Shown here in pieces: positions 49,142 through 62,113 of a stretch of 64,000 nucleotides of DNA. The notes beneath the pieces are model-generated. The model ran no database searches. It was not told the origin of the DNA and saw only the letters and a list, made by a program, of their open reading frames with translations. The stretch is from an uncultured Gammaproteobacteria bacterium (GTDB lineage: Bacteria; Patescibacteriota; Patescibacteriia; S139-126). The translations under genes and the position numbers were made by a program. The stretch is from the NCBI GenBank assembly GCA_964620905.1, contig CAZUKA010000001.1, positions 519,646 through 583,645 of the forward strand, in the 5' to 3' direction. Numbering within the stretch: position 1 is the first letter of the stretch; each line of letters begins with the position of its first letter.

Positions 49142-51019
49142 ATGAATCCGAATGCAGTAGCTGATACCACGAGCAACTTGCTTGAAAGTATAGCGAAAAA
49201 AACAAAAAATCATTCAAACAAAAACAGAAGGAATCGTGATCAAAAAACACACTCCAAACAAAGATTTTCCCGATCAAAACATTATCACCAACCTCTAACC
49301 CATGCGGCTAGTAAAAAACCAACTAAAATCTTGGATACTAAACTAGTCAAATCAGAAAAAAAATTGAGAATTATCCCGCTAGGAGGACAAGAAGAAGTTG
49401 GCCGTAATATGACAGTTTTTGAATACGGGCAAGATATTGTAATTCTGGATATGGGACTACAATTTCCCGAAGAAGATATGCCGGGAATTGATTATATTAT
49501 TCCCAATATTTCTTATCTTAAAGGTAAAGAAAAAAATATCCGCGGGGTAATACTTAGTCACGGACATCTTGATCACATCGGTGCAGCGCCAATTTTATTG
49601 GAACAACTTGGTAATCCTTTAATTATTGGTCGTGATCTGACTTTAGCATTAGTTAAACACCGACAAGAAGACTACAAGAAAGGTTCAGCGCAAAAACTTA
49701 AAACCTTAGCAATAAAAAATCTAAATCAAACCCTAGCTTTGGGAGGATTTCGGGTTGGTTTTTTTCAGGTAGAGCACTCTATCATGGATGCGATGGGAGT
49801 AATTTTAGAAACACCCCAAGGCACAGTACTACATCCAGGTGACTGGGCGCTGGAAAAAGATCCCATGCGCGGACAACCAATCACTTATCATCAACTTGCC
49901 AAAGTAAAAAGGCCATCTATCTTGATGTTGGAAAGTCTTGGTTCTACTTCCCAAAAACAACGTGTACCAGAAAAGGTTATGCATGAAAACTTACAAAAAA
50001 TTGTCTCCACTGCACCGGGACGGACAATTATTGCTACCTTTTCTTCACAAATTCAAAGGATCAAAGAAATCTTGGAGTACGCGGAAAAAATCGGAAAAAA
50101 AGTTGCCCTTGATGGCTATAGCATGCGACTAAATGTGGAAGTAGCAAAGGAACTTGGTTATATAAAAATAAAAAGAGATACTCTAATTACTATTGACCGG
50201 ATCGCAGATTATCCCGACAAACGTATAATTGTCATCTGTACTGGTGCTCAAGGCGAAAGCCAAGCGGTTTTACATCGTATTATTCAAGGATCACATAAAC
50301 ACATAAAAATACAAAAAACTGATACGATTGTATTTTCTTCATCAGTAATCCCTGGTAATGAAAGATCCATTCAAAGATTAAAAGACAATCTCTACCGCCT
50401 GAGCGACAACGTGATTCATTCTGATATTATGGATGTACACTCATCTGGCCACAGTTCAATCTCCGACATTAGAGAAATGCTCAAAGAAATAAAACCAGAT
50501 TACTTTTTGCCGGTTTATGCCAATCATTACTTTTTGAAAGAAGCGGCTAAACTAGCTTATCAAGAAGGTATGTCCAAAGATAAAGTCGCAGTACTTGATA
50601 ATGGTTCTATTTTTGAAATTTATAACCATAAAACCAATCTAATTCATGGTTCCATCAATACTGATTACGTATTCGTTGATGGCTTGGGAATTGGTGATAT
50701 CTCCAATGTAGTCCTTAGAGACCGACAAGTAATGGCCGGCGAAGGCATGCTAGTAATTATTGCTACGGTGGATAGTAAAACTGGAATGCTTATAGGAAAT
50801 CCCGACATTATCTCCCGTGGTTTTATCTATATGAAAGAAAACAAAAAATTGGTGGAAGATACGCGCAAAAAAGCCAAGGAAATTTTGAAAGACAAAGATC
50901 CCCGAACCAGTGCCAATCAAACTTTCCTCAAAGAAAAATTGCGCAATGATTTGGGTAAATTTTTATTTCAAAAAACTGAAAGAAGACCATTGATACTTCC
51001 AGTTATTATTGAAGTATAA
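49142..51019 (+). CDS. rnj: Ribonuclease J
   Basis: PLGG.EEVGRN, SHGHLDHIG, TGAQGE, HSSGH. Confidence 0.95.
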   Translation: MNPNAVADTTSNLLESIAKKTKNHSNKNRRNRDQKTHSKQRFSRSKHYHQPLTHAASKKPTKILDTKLVKSEKKLRIIPLGGQEEVGRNMTVFEYGQDIVILDMGLQFPEEDMPGIDYIIPNISYLKGKEKNIRGVILSHGHLDHIGAAPILLEQLGNPLIIGRDLTLALVKHRQEDYKKGSAQKLKTLAIKNLNQTLALGGFRVGFFQVEHSIMDAMGVILETPQGTVLHPGDWALEKDPMRGQPITYHQLAKVKRPSILMLESLGSTSQKQRVPEKVMHENLQKIVSTAPGRTIIATFSSQIQRIKEILEYAEKIGKKVALDGYSMRLNVEVAKELGYIKIKRDTLITIDRIADYPDKRIIVICTGAQGESQAVLHRIIQGSHKHIKIQKTDTIVFSSSVIPGNERSIQRLKDNLYRLSDNVIHSDIMDVHSSGHSSISDIREMLKEIKPDYFLPVYANHYFLKEAAKLAYQEGMSKDKVAVLDNGSIFEIYNHKTNLIHGSINTDYVFVDGLGIGDISNVVLRDRQVMAGEGMLVIIATVDSKTGMLIGNPDIISRGFIYMKENKKLVEDTRKKAKEILKDKDPRTSANQTFLKEKLRNDLGKFLFQKTERRPLILPVIIEV

Positions 51020-51090
51020 TTCGATCAAAATTCCCGCTAAACAGCGGGTTTTTGATTGAAAAAAAATATAAAAGGTGTTAAGTTATCTTT

Positions 51091-52071
51091 ATGAAACAAT
51101 CAACAATACTTTTTTCTGGAATTAAACCAACGGGTATTCCTCACCTCGGCAATTACCTCGGGGCGCTAAAAAACTGGGTAGCTTTGCAAAACGACTACCA
51201 GGCTATCTATGCCTTGGTTGATTATCACGCTTTGACTATAGACATAAAACCAACTGAACTAAATACCAACTCTTATACTTTGGCAAAACTATTAGTGGCT
51301 ATTGGTTTAGATCCTGACAAAGTTATTTTATTTGTCCAATCACATGTGCCGGAACACACGGAACTGGCTTGGATTTTCAACTGCCTAGTGCCAGTTGCAG
51401 AAATGGAACGCATGACCCAATACAAAGATAAGGCAACAACGCACAAAAAAAATATCAATATGGGACTGTTTGATTACCCAGCATTGATGGCAGCTGATAT
51501 TTTACTTTATCACGCACAAGCTGTACCGGTCGGAGAAGATCAACTGCAACATTTAGAGTTAACCAGACTTATCGCGAAAAAATTTAATCAGCGCTACGGA
51601 CAATACTTCATTGAACCACAAGCACTAGTAACTCCAGCCAAACGTATTATGTCATTACACCTACCTGATAAAAAAATGAGTAAAGAACTGGGTGAGTCAA
51701 GTTATATTTCTTTACTTGATACACCGGATACAGTTGTCAAAAAAGTTGCCCGCGCGGTTACTGATACTGGACCACAAACTACTGCCATGTCGGCGGGAGT
51801 AAAAAATCTATTTGCTTTACTTGAATATCTAGATAAAACGGACACCTATAATCAACAAATTAGTGAATATAAACGAGGTACCTTAAAATATGTTGATTTA
51901 AAAACTGCTGTAAGTACTGCAATTAATCAAACCTTAAAACCAATTCAAATAAATTATAAAAAAATTTCTGATCAGGCCATAAAATCAATTTTGCATACTG
52001 GGGCACAAAAAGCCCAAATAATTGCCCGTAAAAATTTAAGTGAGATCAAGAAATTGGTTGGTTTGATATAA
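51091..52071 (+). CDS. trpS: Tryptophan--tRNA ligase
   Basis: SGIKPTG..HLGNYLG, YPALMAADILLY, VPVGEDQ, KMSK. Confidence 0.96.
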   Translation: MKQSTILFSGIKPTGIPHLGNYLGALKNWVALQNDYQAIYALVDYHALTIDIKPTELNTNSYTLAKLLVAIGLDPDKVILFVQSHVPEHTELAWIFNCLVPVAEMERMTQYKDKATTHKKNINMGLFDYPALMAADILLYHAQAVPVGEDQLQHLELTRLIAKKFNQRYGQYFIEPQALVTPAKRIMSLHLPDKKMSKELGESSYISLLDTPDTVVKKVARAVTDTGPQTTAMSAGVKNLFALLEYLDKTDTYNQQISEYKRGTLKYVDLKTAVSTAINQTLKPIQINYKKISDQAIKSILHTGAQKAQIIARKNLSEIKKLVGLI

Positions 52072-52125
52072 TATTAATAAACAAAAATAACCCCACTTTT
52101 TGGTGGGCTTTTTATTTCCAATTAA

Positions 52126-52151
52126 AACCCTTTCATTTTTATGAAAGGGTT
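52126..52151. other. 11-bp-stem, 4-nt-loop hairpin after the DGR-like variable region (homing cruciform or terminator)
   Basis: AACCCTTTCAT-TTTT-ATGAAAGGGTT, ~20 nt after the stop codon. Confidence 0.5.
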
Positions 52152-52171
52152 AAAGAGAGAAAAGAAAAGAG

Positions 52172-52846
52172 TTAGACCACTGCTACACGGCAACGGAGAC
52201 GGCCGTCCTGAGCGTCAGGGAGAAACCAGAAGACCTCGAGCTTACTACCGTCCCAGAAGACGTCCGGGACGAAGTCGTCGCCAAAGCGAGAACCAGCACA
52301 TAAGGTAATGTTAGCAACATCCAGATGTTGACCAGTCTCTTGATAGAACTTAAGTTCCATTAAAAGCCGCTCTTCTAGAGTAATACCAACAATTTTCTGT
52401 TGCTTAATTTGATTGGCGGAGATGTTTTTCATCTCCTCATCTGCTTCCAGGCGATCTCTAAGCCAAATGGCATAAGCGCCGTTTGCAGAAGTACGGTCAG
52501 AGGTTATTACCTCATCCAAAGATTTATCAGTGTATTTCCAAGTTGAAAACAACTCGGAACATTTATTGAATAAGACTTGGGGTGTCATGCCGGGAGCAAC
52601 AATTATTAATCTGTCAAAACCTGATTTTTTATCAGGAATAGAGATTTCAGAAAAATCAAATTCCAGATTGAATAGATTTTTGTAGAAATTTTGCCAATCG
52701 ATCAATTGAAAAAAAATTATTCCTAGAAAATGCTGTAAGCTTTGTTTTGTTATTCGCCCTGATTCAATCTGAGCAAAAAATTCTTTAAGCTGGGCGGGTG
52801 TTGGTGATTCCTCACTCCAACCAGCGACATGCGATTTTGACATCAC
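52172..52846 (-). CDS. Putative DGR target protein (CLec-like C-terminus with variable region)
   Basis: 'ITLEERLL..L....ETG.HLD....TLCAGSR....VP.V.W....L.V.W.........R.R.AV' scaffold; GC-rich, NNY-codon-rich 3' end. Confidence 0.75.
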   Translation of the reverse strand: MMSKSHVAGWSEESPTPAQLKEFFAQIESGRITKQSLQHFLGIIFFQLIDWQNFYKNLFNLEFDFSEISIPDKKSGFDRLIIVAPGMTPQVLFNKCSELFSTWKYTDKSLDEVITSDRTSANGAYAIWLRDRLEADEEMKNISANQIKQQKIVGITLEERLLMELKFYQETGQHLDVANITLCAGSRFGDDFVPDVFWDGSKLEVFWFLPDAQDGRLRCRVAVV

Positions 52847-53041
52847 ACACCTCCTAATGGTTTATATTTTATTGGTAAAGTGCCTGAGCTAACAAAAAAC
52901 ATTTATTTATTTTGTTAGCCATTTATCATATTCTTTCTTTGCTAAATTGTCAAGATTAAAATATAAATATTCACTGACTTTAAAAAATAACCCCGCGGAT
53001 GCGGGATTATTTTTTTATATCTAAAAAGATCAAAATCTATT

Positions 53042-56000
53042 TTATTCTATACGCTTGGGTTTAGCATATTTACCAAAACCAGTACCGGCTGGAATCAAGC
53101 GCCCGATAATTACATTTTCCTTCAGACCCCGCAAATAATCAACTTGACCGGTGATAGCTGCACTGATTAAAACTCTGGCTGTTTCCTGAAAGGAAGCTGC
53201 TGATAACCAAGATTCAACTGTAAGAGAAGATTTGGTAATGCCCAACAATAGTTCTTCACCTTTGGCGGGATTTTTACCTTTTTTTAAATTGCTATTGGCT
53301 TGTCTAAACACCCAACTTTCCACCACTTCCCCAGTCAATAGATTGGTATCACCCGGATCTTTGACAATAATCCGCGAAAACATTTGCCGAATAATTATCT
53401 CAATATGTTTATCATTCAAATTCTGTCCTTGAGAGGTATAGATAAACTGAATTTCTTTCAATATATATTTTTGAACTGCTTCTTTTCCTTTTAAGCGATA
53501 CAAATCGTGCAAATCAAGTGATCCTTCAGTAATAGCATCACCAATATTGATCAATTGACCATCTTCTACTACCAAATTGTAAGTATTGGGTATAATCCAC
53601 TCTTTGACGCTACCCTTATCACCAACCAAAATTACTTCTTCTTTAGATACTTTCACCTGACCAGAAAAATCAGCCTTTACTTTACGATCACTACTGACCA
53701 AAACTGTATCTCCGGCTGATACTTCATCTTTATCTTTGACGCGCAATTTTACATTTTGAAAATCTTCCAACTTATAAGTAACTACCTGTGGCTCATCAAA
53801 AGTTACCCTGACAACTCTCTGTTTGGGCTGCCTTTCGATTTTTACTTTTCCTCGCACGTCGCTCATAAAAGCTTTTTTCTTGGGATTTCTACCTTCAAAA
53901 ATTTCTTCTACCCTTGGTAAACCTTGGGTTACATCAGATTCACCAGCAACACCACCAGTATGAAAGGTACGCATGGTCAACTGTGTTCCCGGCTCACCGA
54001 TTGATTGAGCGGCCATAATACCTACCGCGGCACCAATTTTTACCGGCTGATTATACGCTAAATCAAAACCATAACATTTGGCACAAATACCATGTAAGGA
54101 ACGACAACTATAAACCGAACGAATAGTAATCTTGTCTAAATTCAAATTCATAATTTCTTTGACTTGGGCTTTACCAACAGCTTCTCCTTTTTTGACAATT
54201 ATTTTACCAGTTTTATCTTTAATATTCTCCAATACCACCCGACCAAACAAGCGATTGGCTATGTTTTCACCCATATTTTCTGAATCCTCTTTGGTTAGTA
54301 ATGTTCCTTGCTCATCACCACAGTCTTCTTCTTGGACTACAATATCTTGAGCTACATCAATCAAACGTCTGGTTAAATAACCAGCATTGGCTGTACGTAG
54401 AGCAGTATCGGATAAACCTTTGCGCGCGCCGTGTGTAGAAATGAAATATTCCAAAACATCAAAACCTTCCTTAAAGTTTGATTTCACCGGCAATTCAATA
54501 ATATCACCAGCTGGGTTGATCACTAAACCCTTCATACCTACAATCTGTGTCAGCTGTCCCCAGGAACCTCTAGCACCTGATTCAATCATTGAGCTCACTG
54601 AACCATTGATATCAATTACTTTTTTACTAGCTACGGTTATTTTATTTTTTACTTCAGTCCAAACATCAATAACTTTTTCTCGTCTTTCCTCATTGGTCAA
54701 TAATCCTTGTTCATACTGAGAAAAAATTTGTTTAACTTGCAGCTCAGCCTCCTGTAGAATTTCAGCTTTTTCTGAGGTTATATTTAAATCATCCATTCCC
54801 CACGACCAACCAGACAAAGTTATATAATTGAAAGCTAAATTCTTTATATCGTCAAAAGCCTTAGCAGCCACAGTAAAACCGTAAGAATCAATAATATCAC
54901 TAACAATTCCTCGAATTACCTTTTTATCAACCAATTGATTGATGAAAGGTAAACCTGTGGGCATAACTTCATTGAATAGCACCCTACCTACCGAAGTAAT
55001 AACAAATTTATCATCAATTTTTATTTTAACGGGAGCGCGTAAGCCAATTTTACCAAAATCGTAAGCCATTTTAGCTTCAGCAGTTGAAGCATAATATTTT
55101 ACTTTTTTTTCATCATAATTTCCATCAATATATGTCATATAATAAGCCCCCCAAACAATATCTTGGTTGGGTGTGACCACTGGATCTCCAGTGGCTGGTT
55201 TCAATAAGTTCTGCGCTGACAACATCATTTCCGCTGCTTCTTTTTTTGCTTCTTCGGTCAAAGGTACATGAACGGCCATTTGATCACCATCAAAATCAGC
55301 ATTGAAAGCTGTGCAAACCAAAGGATGTAATTGTATAGCCTTACCTTCAATCAGCACCGGTTGAAATGCTTGAATGCCCAGGCGATGCAAAGTTGGTGCG
55401 CGATTCAACATCACATGACTGTGATTGGTAATATCTTCCAAAATATCCCACACTTCCGCATGTCCGGCTTCAATATAGCGATTAGCGCTACGCACATTAT
55501 GAACGTATTCCTGTTTTATCAATCGGGAAATCACAAATGGTTTAAACAGTTCCAAGGCCATCATCTTTGGAATACCACACTGATTTATCTGTAGATGCGA
55601 TCCGGCAACAATCACGCTTCGACCAGAATAATCAACACGCTTACCCAATAAATTTTGCCGAAATCTACCCTGTTTTCCTTTTAACATATCAGCAATTGAT
55701 TTGAGCTGACGTTTTTGTCCGGTGGAAGCAGTGACAGTTTTGCCATGACGAGCTGAATTGTCAATCAAAGCATCCACCGCCTCTTGTAACATACGCTTTT
55801 CATTGCGTTGAATTACTTCTGGTGCGTTTAAATCAATCAATCTTTTTAAACGATTGTTGCGATTGATAACACGACGATACAAATCATTTAAATCAGAAGT
55901 GGCAAACCGACCACCATCAAGTGGTACCATAGGTCTCAGATCGGGCGGGATAACCGGCACGACTGTTAAGACCATATCTTCGGGACGAATATGATTGCGT

Positions 56001-56956
56001 ATCAAACTCTTAACCAATTGCAATCGACGATGTATTTTTTTACGTTTAGCACCATGAGATTCAATTACCTCTTTCTCCAAATCATTGACCATACCATCCA
56101 AATCAATAGCTGACAATAGTTTGTGAATTGCTTCCGCGCCGATATAAGCTTCAAAAATATGACCGTACTTAAGAGATAAATCTTGGTAAGTATGTTCGGA
56201 AATAACTTGTTTGACAGCTAAATCTTCAAGTTCGCGTTTAGCAATCTTGACTGCCTTTTCCAATTCTTTTACCTTTTTAGTTTTATTTTCCAAAATTATG
56301 GCTTCCCGGGAAGTAAAATCGTCAGCCAATTTTTTATATTTGGCACTATTCTTATCTAAATCAATAAAAACTTTGGCTTTTTCTTTATTTAAATTATCAA
56401 TAGCCTGTCTAGTTTCTGCTTCAATACTTTTTTGCCTCCCCTTAAATTCACCATCAATCTGACTAATTAGTTCCGCTTTTTGTGTTTCGTCAACATCAGT
56501 AATAATAAAATTGGCAAAGTAAACAACTTTTTCTAATTCTTGAGCAGACATATCTAGCATCAAACCAACGCGTGACGGGATACCGCGTAAAAACCATATA
56601 TGAGCAACCGGTGCGGCCAAACTGATATGACCCATACGTTCGCGGCGGACAAAACTTCTAGTTACTTCTACACCGCATTTATCACAGATAATACCTTTAT
56701 ACCGAATTTTTTTGTATTTACCACAATAACATTCCCAATCTTTGGTAGGACCAAAAATCCGTTCACAAAACAACCCATCCTTTTCCGGTTTTTGGGTACG
56801 ATAATTAATCGTCTCTGGTTTAGTCACTTCGCCACGCGACCAACGAAGAATATCATGAGGTGAAGCTAACCGTAATCTAATAGCATTGAACTCTAATTCT
56901 TTGCCACCTTCATGAAAAAGAGTTGAAATTGTTTTTGTAGTTGAGGGGTGTGACAT
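53042..56956 (-). CDS. rpoC: RNA polymerase beta' subunit
   Basis: [31 protein letters not shown]; ATG at 56956 avoids overlap with rpoB. Confidence 0.98.
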   Translation of the reverse strand: MSHPSTTKTISTLFHEGGKELEFNAIRLRLASPHDILRWSRGEVTKPETINYRTQKPEKDGLFCERIFGPTKDWECYCGKYKKIRYKGIICDKCGVEVTRSFVRRERMGHISLAAPVAHIWFLRGIPSRVGLMLDMSAQELEKVVYFANFIITDVDETQKAELISQIDGEFKGRQKSIEAETRQAIDNLNKEKAKVFIDLDKNSAKYKKLADDFTSREAIILENKTKKVKELEKAVKIAKRELEDLAVKQVISEHTYQDLSLKYGHIFEAYIGAEAIHKLLSAIDLDGMVNDLEKEVIESHGAKRKKIHRRLQLVKSLIRNHIRPEDMVLTVVPVIPPDLRPMVPLDGGRFATSDLNDLYRRVINRNNRLKRLIDLNAPEVIQRNEKRMLQEAVDALIDNSARHGKTVTASTGQKRQLKSIADMLKGKQGRFRQNLLGKRVDYSGRSVIVAGSHLQINQCGIPKMMALELFKPFVISRLIKQEYVHNVRSANRYIEAGHAEVWDILEDITNHSHVMLNRAPTLHRLGIQAFQPVLIEGKAIQLHPLVCTAFNADFDGDQMAVHVPLTEEAKKEAAEMMLSAQNLLKPATGDPVVTPNQDIVWGAYYMTYIDGNYDEKKVKYYASTAEAKMAYDFGKIGLRAPVKIKIDDKFVITSVGRVLFNEVMPTGLPFINQLVDKKVIRGIVSDIIDSYGFTVAAKAFDDIKNLAFNYITLSGWSWGMDDLNITSEKAEILQEAELQVKQIFSQYEQGLLTNEERREKVIDVWTEVKNKITVASKKVIDINGSVSSMIESGARGSWGQLTQIVGMKGLVINPAGDIIELPVKSNFKEGFDVLEYFISTHGARKGLSDTALRTANAGYLTRRLIDVAQDIVVQEEDCGDEQGTLLTKEDSENMGENIANRLFGRVVLENIKDKTGKIIVKKGEAVGKAQVKEIMNLNLDKITIRSVYSCRSLHGICAKCYGFDLAYNQPVKIGAAVGIMAAQSIGEPGTQLTMRTFHTGGVAGESDVTQGLPRVEEIFEGRNPKKKAFMSDVRGKVKIERQPKQRVVRVTFDEPQVVTYKLEDFQNVKLRVKDKDEVSAGDTVLVSSDRKVKADFSGQVKVSKEEVILVGDKGSVKEWIIPNTYNLVVEDGQLINIGDAITEGSLDLHDLYRLKGKEAVQKYILKEIQFIYTSQGQNLNDKHIEIIIRQMFSRIIVKDPGDTNLLTGEVVESWVFRQANSNLKKGKNPAKGEELLLGITKSSLTVESWLSAASFQETARVLISAAITGQVDYLRGLKENVIIGRLIPAGTGFGKYAKPKRIE

Positions 56957-56966
56957 AAAATCTAAT

Positions 56967-59900
56967 TTATTTTTTTCTTGGCTTTTTGTCTTCGCTTTCA
57001 CTCTCTGATTGGACAATACGACCATCTTTCAATAACTCAACTTCTAAAGCCAAGCCTTTTAATTCGCGTACTAAAACATTAAAGGATTCAGGAATATTTA
57101 ATTTTTCAATTGGTTCACCTTTGATGATTGATTCATAAGCTTTGCTACGACCTGGCACATCATCGGATTTGATGGTCAACATTTCCTGTAAACTATAAGC
57201 TGCTCCATAAGCTTCCAAAGCCCAGACTTCCATTTCACCAAACCGTTGTCCGCCAAATTGAGCTTTGCCACCCAAAGGTTGTTGCGTCACTAGTGAATAG
57301 GGTCCGATTGAACGTTGGTGGATTTTATCTTCCACCAAGTGGTTGAGTTTCAACATATACATAATGCCAACAGTAGTTTTATTTTGAAATGGCTTGCCAT
57401 TACGACCATCGTACAACTGAATCTTGCCATCTTCAGGTAAACTAGCAGCTGCCAATTGTGATTTTATTTCTTCAATAGTAACTCCATCCAATGAGGGTGA
57501 AGCAACATTATAACCCAATTTACTGGCAGCATAACCAAGATGGACCTCCAATAATTGCCCCAGATTCATACGAGAAACAATTCCCAAGGGATTGAGTAAA
57601 ATATCAATTGGCCTACCATCAGGCAAAAATGGCATATCTTCTTCTGGTACAATACGTGAAATCACACCTTTATTACCATGACGACCGGCCATTTTATCTC
57701 CTACCTGCACCTTACGCAAAGAAGCGACTGATACCTGAATAGTCTTAATTACCCCGGCTGGCAACTTATCTCCATTTTCCCGAGAAAATACTTTTATATC
57801 CACCACTTTGCCATGTTCACCGTGTTCCAAATACAAGGATGAATCTCTCACATCCTTGGCTTTTTCACCAAAAATAGCTCGTAATAATTTTTCTTCAGCT
57901 GAGAGTTCAGTTTCACCTTTGGGGGTGATCTTACCTACTAAAATATCTCCCGAAGAGACCTCAGCACCAATTCTAACAACTCCGTCCTCATCCAAATCTT
58001 TCAATTTTTCATCACCCACATTGGGAATATCACGGGTAATAACTTCGGGACCCAATTTGGTATCACGAACATCAATTGTATAGTCTGTAATATGAATAGA
58101 ACTATAACGATCATCGCGTACTACTTTTTCCGAAATCAAAACCGCATCTTCATAATTTCCTCCTTCCCAAGTCATAAAAGCAATCAACATATTCTGACCC
58201 AAGGCCAACTCTCCTCCTTGCGTAGCTGGACCATCCGCTAATATATCACCAGCTTGTACTTTTTGCCCCAAGTCAACAATCACAATTTGATTCATACAAG
58301 TCGAGGCATTGGAACGCAAAAATTTACCCAAACGGTATTCTTTGGTTTTGCCAGATTTATTTTTTACTACAATATGTCCGGCATCAATCTCAACAATTTC
58401 CCCATCTTCTTCGGCTATAATCGTATGACCGGAATCATAGGCTGCCCGTCTTTCTACACCGGTACCGACTACTGGAGCTTGGGGCTTAACTACTGACACA
58501 GCTTGACGTTGCATATTTGTTCCCATCAAAGCTCTTACCGCATCATCATGTTCAACAAAAGGAATTAACGAAGTTGAAACTGACAATATTTGTTTAGGTG
58601 AAACATCCATATAATCTACCGAATCAACTTCCACAATAGTTGGTTTGTGTCCAACTCTAGCTTCTACCCATTGATCCATAAAATATCCGCTTTCATCAAT
58701 TTTGATTGTCGCCGGCACTGTCACCACTCGATCTTCAGAAAATGCATCCAAATAATCAATCTCCGCGCTAACTCGTGGTTTTACTAAAACTTTTTTAATC
58801 CCACTTTTAGCTAACAATTGGGCTGTCTCTTTATTTATCTGTTGCCCTTTTTTAACTATCACTTTGCTAGTTTTAGGATCAACTATATCCTCCCTACTGA
58901 TTTCACCAACTGTAAATTTAGAATCATTATCTACTTCTTTTATCACCCGTCGGTAAGGTGTTTCAATAAAACCAAATTCGTTGACTCTAGCATAACTAGC
59001 TAAATGACCAACTAAACCAATATTAGGTCCTTCTGGAGTGGCAATCGGACAAATTCTCCCATAATGCGTTTGATGTACGTCCCTAACTTCAAAACCAGCT
59101 CTCTCTCTAGATAACCCACCCGGACCCATCGCTGATAAACGACGCTTGTGTTCCAATTCGGCCAAAGGGTTGGTCTGATCCATAAACTGAGATAACTGCG
59201 AAGACATAAAAAATTCTTTAATGGCGCCTATCAATGGTCGAGCGTTGATCAATTGATTCGGTGTTAAAGTATTTATGTCCAAAGTAGACATTCGATCTCT
59301 GACAATACGCTCCATTCGTGCCATTCCAACTCGAAATTTATTTTGTATTAATTCACCAACTGCTCGTACTCGTCGGTTGCCCAAATGATCAATATCATCA
59401 GCCGCTTCTTGTAAAATATTCAACCTAATTATCTCTGTGATGATCATGATCAAATCTTCCCGGCGTAATACCCGATTTTCCGGCGTATTATCTACCTGCA
59501 TGTTGAAACGTTGATTCAATTTATACCTGCCTACCCGACCAAAATCATAACGATCAAAACGAAAAAACATAGCGTGAATCAAACTTTTAGCATTTTCAGC
59601 GGTGGCTAAATCACCTGGACGAATACGCTTATAAACTTCTATCAAACCATCATCTTCGTTTTTAGTTGTATCTTTATCCAAGGTAGCTTGAATAAAATGA
59701 TGATTGGGATCATTATCAATGTCTTTAAATAAATTGATAATCTGTTCATCACTGCTATAACCAAAAGCGCGCAATAAAGCAGTGATAGCAACTTTTCTTT
59801 TTCGATCAATCTTGACGTACAAAACATCATTGAGATCGGTTTCAATTTCCAACCAAGCGCCGCGGTTGGGAATAATTTTGGCTCCATAATATTTTCTGCC

Positions 59901-60347
59901 CCGGATAATACTGGTAGTAAAGAAAACACCTGCACTTCGTATCAACTGTGACACTACCACTCTTTCAATACCGTTGACAATAAAAGTACCCCGATCAGTC
60001 ATCAATGGAAAATCACCCAAATAAATCTCTTGTTCTTTGGTTTCACCAGTCCGTTTATTGATCAATCTGACTTGAGTACGTAAAGGAGCTTCATAAGTAA
60101 CATTTTTTTCTTTGGCTGTTTGTTCGTCAAATTTTGGATCATCTAAATAATAATCTGTAAAATAAAGCTCCAAATCACGTCCAATAAAATCTTTTATTGG
60201 GTTTATCTCGGAAAAGAGTTCTTTTAAACCTTCATCAAAAAACCATTGATAAGACTGTTTTTGCACTTCAATCAAATCAGGCAGTTTTAGGACCTGTTTA
60301 TATTTAGTGAAATATTTACGCTCCAGCGAAGTAGTTTTTACAGACAT
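56967..60347 (-). CDS. rpoB: RNA polymerase beta subunit
   Basis: [42 protein letters not shown]. Confidence 0.98.
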   Translation of the reverse strand: MSVKTTSLERKYFTKYKQVLKLPDLIEVQKQSYQWFFDEGLKELFSEINPIKDFIGRDLELYFTDYYLDDPKFDEQTAKEKNVTYEAPLRTQVRLINKRTGETKEQEIYLGDFPLMTDRGTFIVNGIERVVVSQLIRSAGVFFTTSIIRGRKYYGAKIIPNRGAWLEIETDLNDVLYVKIDRKRKVAITALLRAFGYSSDEQIINLFKDIDNDPNHHFIQATLDKDTTKNEDDGLIEVYKRIRPGDLATAENAKSLIHAMFFRFDRYDFGRVGRYKLNQRFNMQVDNTPENRVLRREDLIMIITEIIRLNILQEAADDIDHLGNRRVRAVGELIQNKFRVGMARMERIVRDRMSTLDINTLTPNQLINARPLIGAIKEFFMSSQLSQFMDQTNPLAELEHKRRLSAMGPGGLSRERAGFEVRDVHQTHYGRICPIATPEGPNIGLVGHLASYARVNEFGFIETPYRRVIKEVDNDSKFTVGEISREDIVDPKTSKVIVKKGQQINKETAQLLAKSGIKKVLVKPRVSAEIDYLDAFSEDRVVTVPATIKIDESGYFMDQWVEARVGHKPTIVEVDSVDYMDVSPKQILSVSTSLIPFVEHDDAVRALMGTNMQRQAVSVVKPQAPVVGTGVERRAAYDSGHTIIAEEDGEIVEIDAGHIVVKNKSGKTKEYRLGKFLRSNASTCMNQIVIVDLGQKVQAGDILADGPATQGGELALGQNMLIAFMTWEGGNYEDAVLISEKVVRDDRYSSIHITDYTIDVRDTKLGPEVITRDIPNVGDEKLKDLDEDGVVRIGAEVSSGDILVGKITPKGETELSAEEKLLRAIFGEKAKDVRDSSLYLEHGEHGKVVDIKVFSRENGDKLPAGVIKTIQVSVASLRKVQVGDKMAGRHGNKGVISRIVPEEDMPFLPDGRPIDILLNPLGIVSRMNLGQLLEVHLGYAASKLGYNVASPSLDGVTIEEIKSQLAAASLPEDGKIQLYDGRNGKPFQNKTTVGIMYMLKLNHLVEDKIHQRSIGPYSLVTQQPLGGKAQFGGQRFGEMEVWALEAYGAAYSLQEMLTIKSDDVPGRSKAYESIIKGEPIEKLNIPESFNVLVRELKGLALEVELLKDGRIVQSESESEDKKPRKK

Positions 60348-60615
60348 AAAAATGACTCCTTCCGATAAGAAAAGAGTTTTAAATATTTAATTTAAGCTAG
60401 TGAAATTAACACAATTTGTGTAAAATTAGCTAAATATTCAACTTACTAAAACACGATGTCGTAACTTTAACAAAAAACTTGTTGTAAGTCAAGTTTTTGA
60501 TACTAAAATAAAAATAATGTCAACACTATAATTTTTTGGCTATTTTTAGATAAAAAAATTAAATTGCTATAATACCTTTAAAATCTCAACTAACACCTTG
60601 TCCACAACACAAAAG

Positions 60616-61872
60616 TTAAAAATTAGACAATGTTTCTTTAACTACCACTCTATCATCCCAAGGTTGTTTTCCTTGTCTAGTTATTATTGCTTGTTCACTG
60701 CCCTTACCAGTTATCACTACCACATCCCCCGGAAGGGCTAGTTGTAAAGCCTGATTGATTGCTTGCCGGCGATCAATGATTTTATAAATTTCCACACTAG
60801 GAAAACCAACCGTACCCTGAAATATTTCATCAACAATTTTTTCTGGATCTTCATCATACGGATCTTCATTGGTAAGAATAACTACTTGTGCGTATCTTGC
60901 GGCAATTTCACCAAGTAAAGGTCTTTTGGCTTTATCACGTCCACCACCACATGAGCCTAGTACAGCAAGTAAACGTTTAGCTTTGGGTCGTAAGGTAGTA
61001 TAAACTGCCTCTAAACTTTCCGGGGTGTGAGCATAATCAACATAAACAACAAAATCTCGAGGAGAAATAATTTTTTCCATACGACCTGGCATATAATTGA
61101 AATTTTGTAGCGCCTGACTTATATCCGCCCAATTGATATGCAAAGCTTTGGCAGTTGCCACCGCAGCCATAGCATTATAAACATTAAATAAACCTGGCAA
61201 ACTTGTTTGCAACATATGTCCTTTAACTTCAAATTGATAACCATTTTCAGTTTCTTTTAAATTGACTGGAAAATAATCTGTTTCTGTTTGCAGTGCATAA
61301 TAAATATACTGCCTGGCCGGAATATCTTTATAAAAAGAAAAATTTTCATCATCTTTATTTAAAATACTAATAGACAAACCTGTCAGACCTCTAAACAGTT
61401 CAGCCTTAGCCTCACGATAATTGGCAAAACTGCCGTGTGACTCAATATGCTCCGGTGATAAATTGGTAAACACTCCAATCTGATAACGCACTCCCCAGTG
61501 ACGATACTGCTTGATACCTTCGGATGAAGTTTCAATCACTGCAAACCGGCAACCTTGATTAATCATCTGTCGCAATAATTTTTGTAAACGCAATCTTCCA
61601 GGCATAGTCATCTTGGTGTCATTGATCCAGGCCTGATCGCCAATACGAAAGTTGGCAGTAGTAACAAGCCCAACTTTATTACCCGCTTGTGTTAAAATCT
61701 GCCAAATCATATTGGCGGTAGTTGACTTACCTTTAGTACCAGTTACACCAACAACCACCAAGCGTCGTGAGGGAAACCAATAAATAATATTAGCCAGTAC
61801 TGCCAATGACTTATGATAAAAAATAATTATACCTGGGGGTAAAAATTTTTTTATCTTTTTCTTCCAACTCAT
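60616..61872 (-). CDS. murE: UDP-N-acetylmuramyl-peptide (MurE-like) ligase
   Basis: GVTGTKGKST, DYAHTP, GGGRDKAKRP, NEDPYDEDP, TGKG. Confidence 0.85.
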   Translation of the reverse strand: MSWKKKIKKFLPPGIIIFYHKSLAVLANIIYWFPSRRLVVVGVTGTKGKSTTANMIWQILTQAGNKVGLVTTANFRIGDQAWINDTKMTMPGRLRLQKLLRQMINQGCRFAVIETSSEGIKQYRHWGVRYQIGVFTNLSPEHIESHGSFANYREAKAELFRGLTGLSISILNKDDENFSFYKDIPARQYIYYALQTETDYFPVNLKETENGYQFEVKGHMLQTSLPGLFNVYNAMAAVATAKALHINWADISQALQNFNYMPGRMEKIISPRDFVVYVDYAHTPESLEAVYTTLRPKAKRLLAVLGSCGGGRDKAKRPLLGEIAARYAQVVILTNEDPYDEDPEKIVDEIFQGTVGFPSVEIYKIIDRRQAINQALQLALPGDVVVITGKGSEQAIITRQGKQPWDDRVVVKETLSNF

Positions 61873-61968
61873 ATTAATTATAAATATTTTAGTCTTAATT
61901 CTTAATTTATTATTCTAAATTCTGAATTCTTAGCAGGAAACTAAATCTTGCATTAACTAAGCTAAGCT

Positions 61969-61991
61969 TGGTGCTCCCGGCAAGAATAGAA
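61969..61991 (-). pseudogene. tRNA 3'-end-like fragment
   Basis: Minus strand TTCTATTCTTGCCGGGAGCACCA resembles T loop + acceptor 3' strand + CCA; no 5' half. Confidence 0.4.
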
Positions 61992-62038
61992 TTTGCGACT
62001 CTACTTCTACTCTCTCACCTTTCCCGCCTGCCATAGCC

Positions 62039-62113
62039 TGGTGTCCCCGATAGGAATCGAACCCATATCTCGAGCTCCGGAAGCTCGCATTCTATCCGTT
62101 GAACTACGGGGAC
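62039..62113 (-). tRNA. tRNA-Arg (CCG)
   Basis: Minus-strand cloverleaf, anticodon arm CGAGC-TT-CCG-GA-GCTCG, CCA. Confidence 0.95.

Noticed and set aside
52172-52300. Complete DGR (template repeat + reverse transcriptase) in this window
   Set aside because: No second copy of the variable region and no RT motifs found by eye.
56200-56500. Coiled-coil insertion in RpoC as an intein or novelty
   Set aside because: No intein terminal motifs; lineage-specific insertions at this position of beta' are known.
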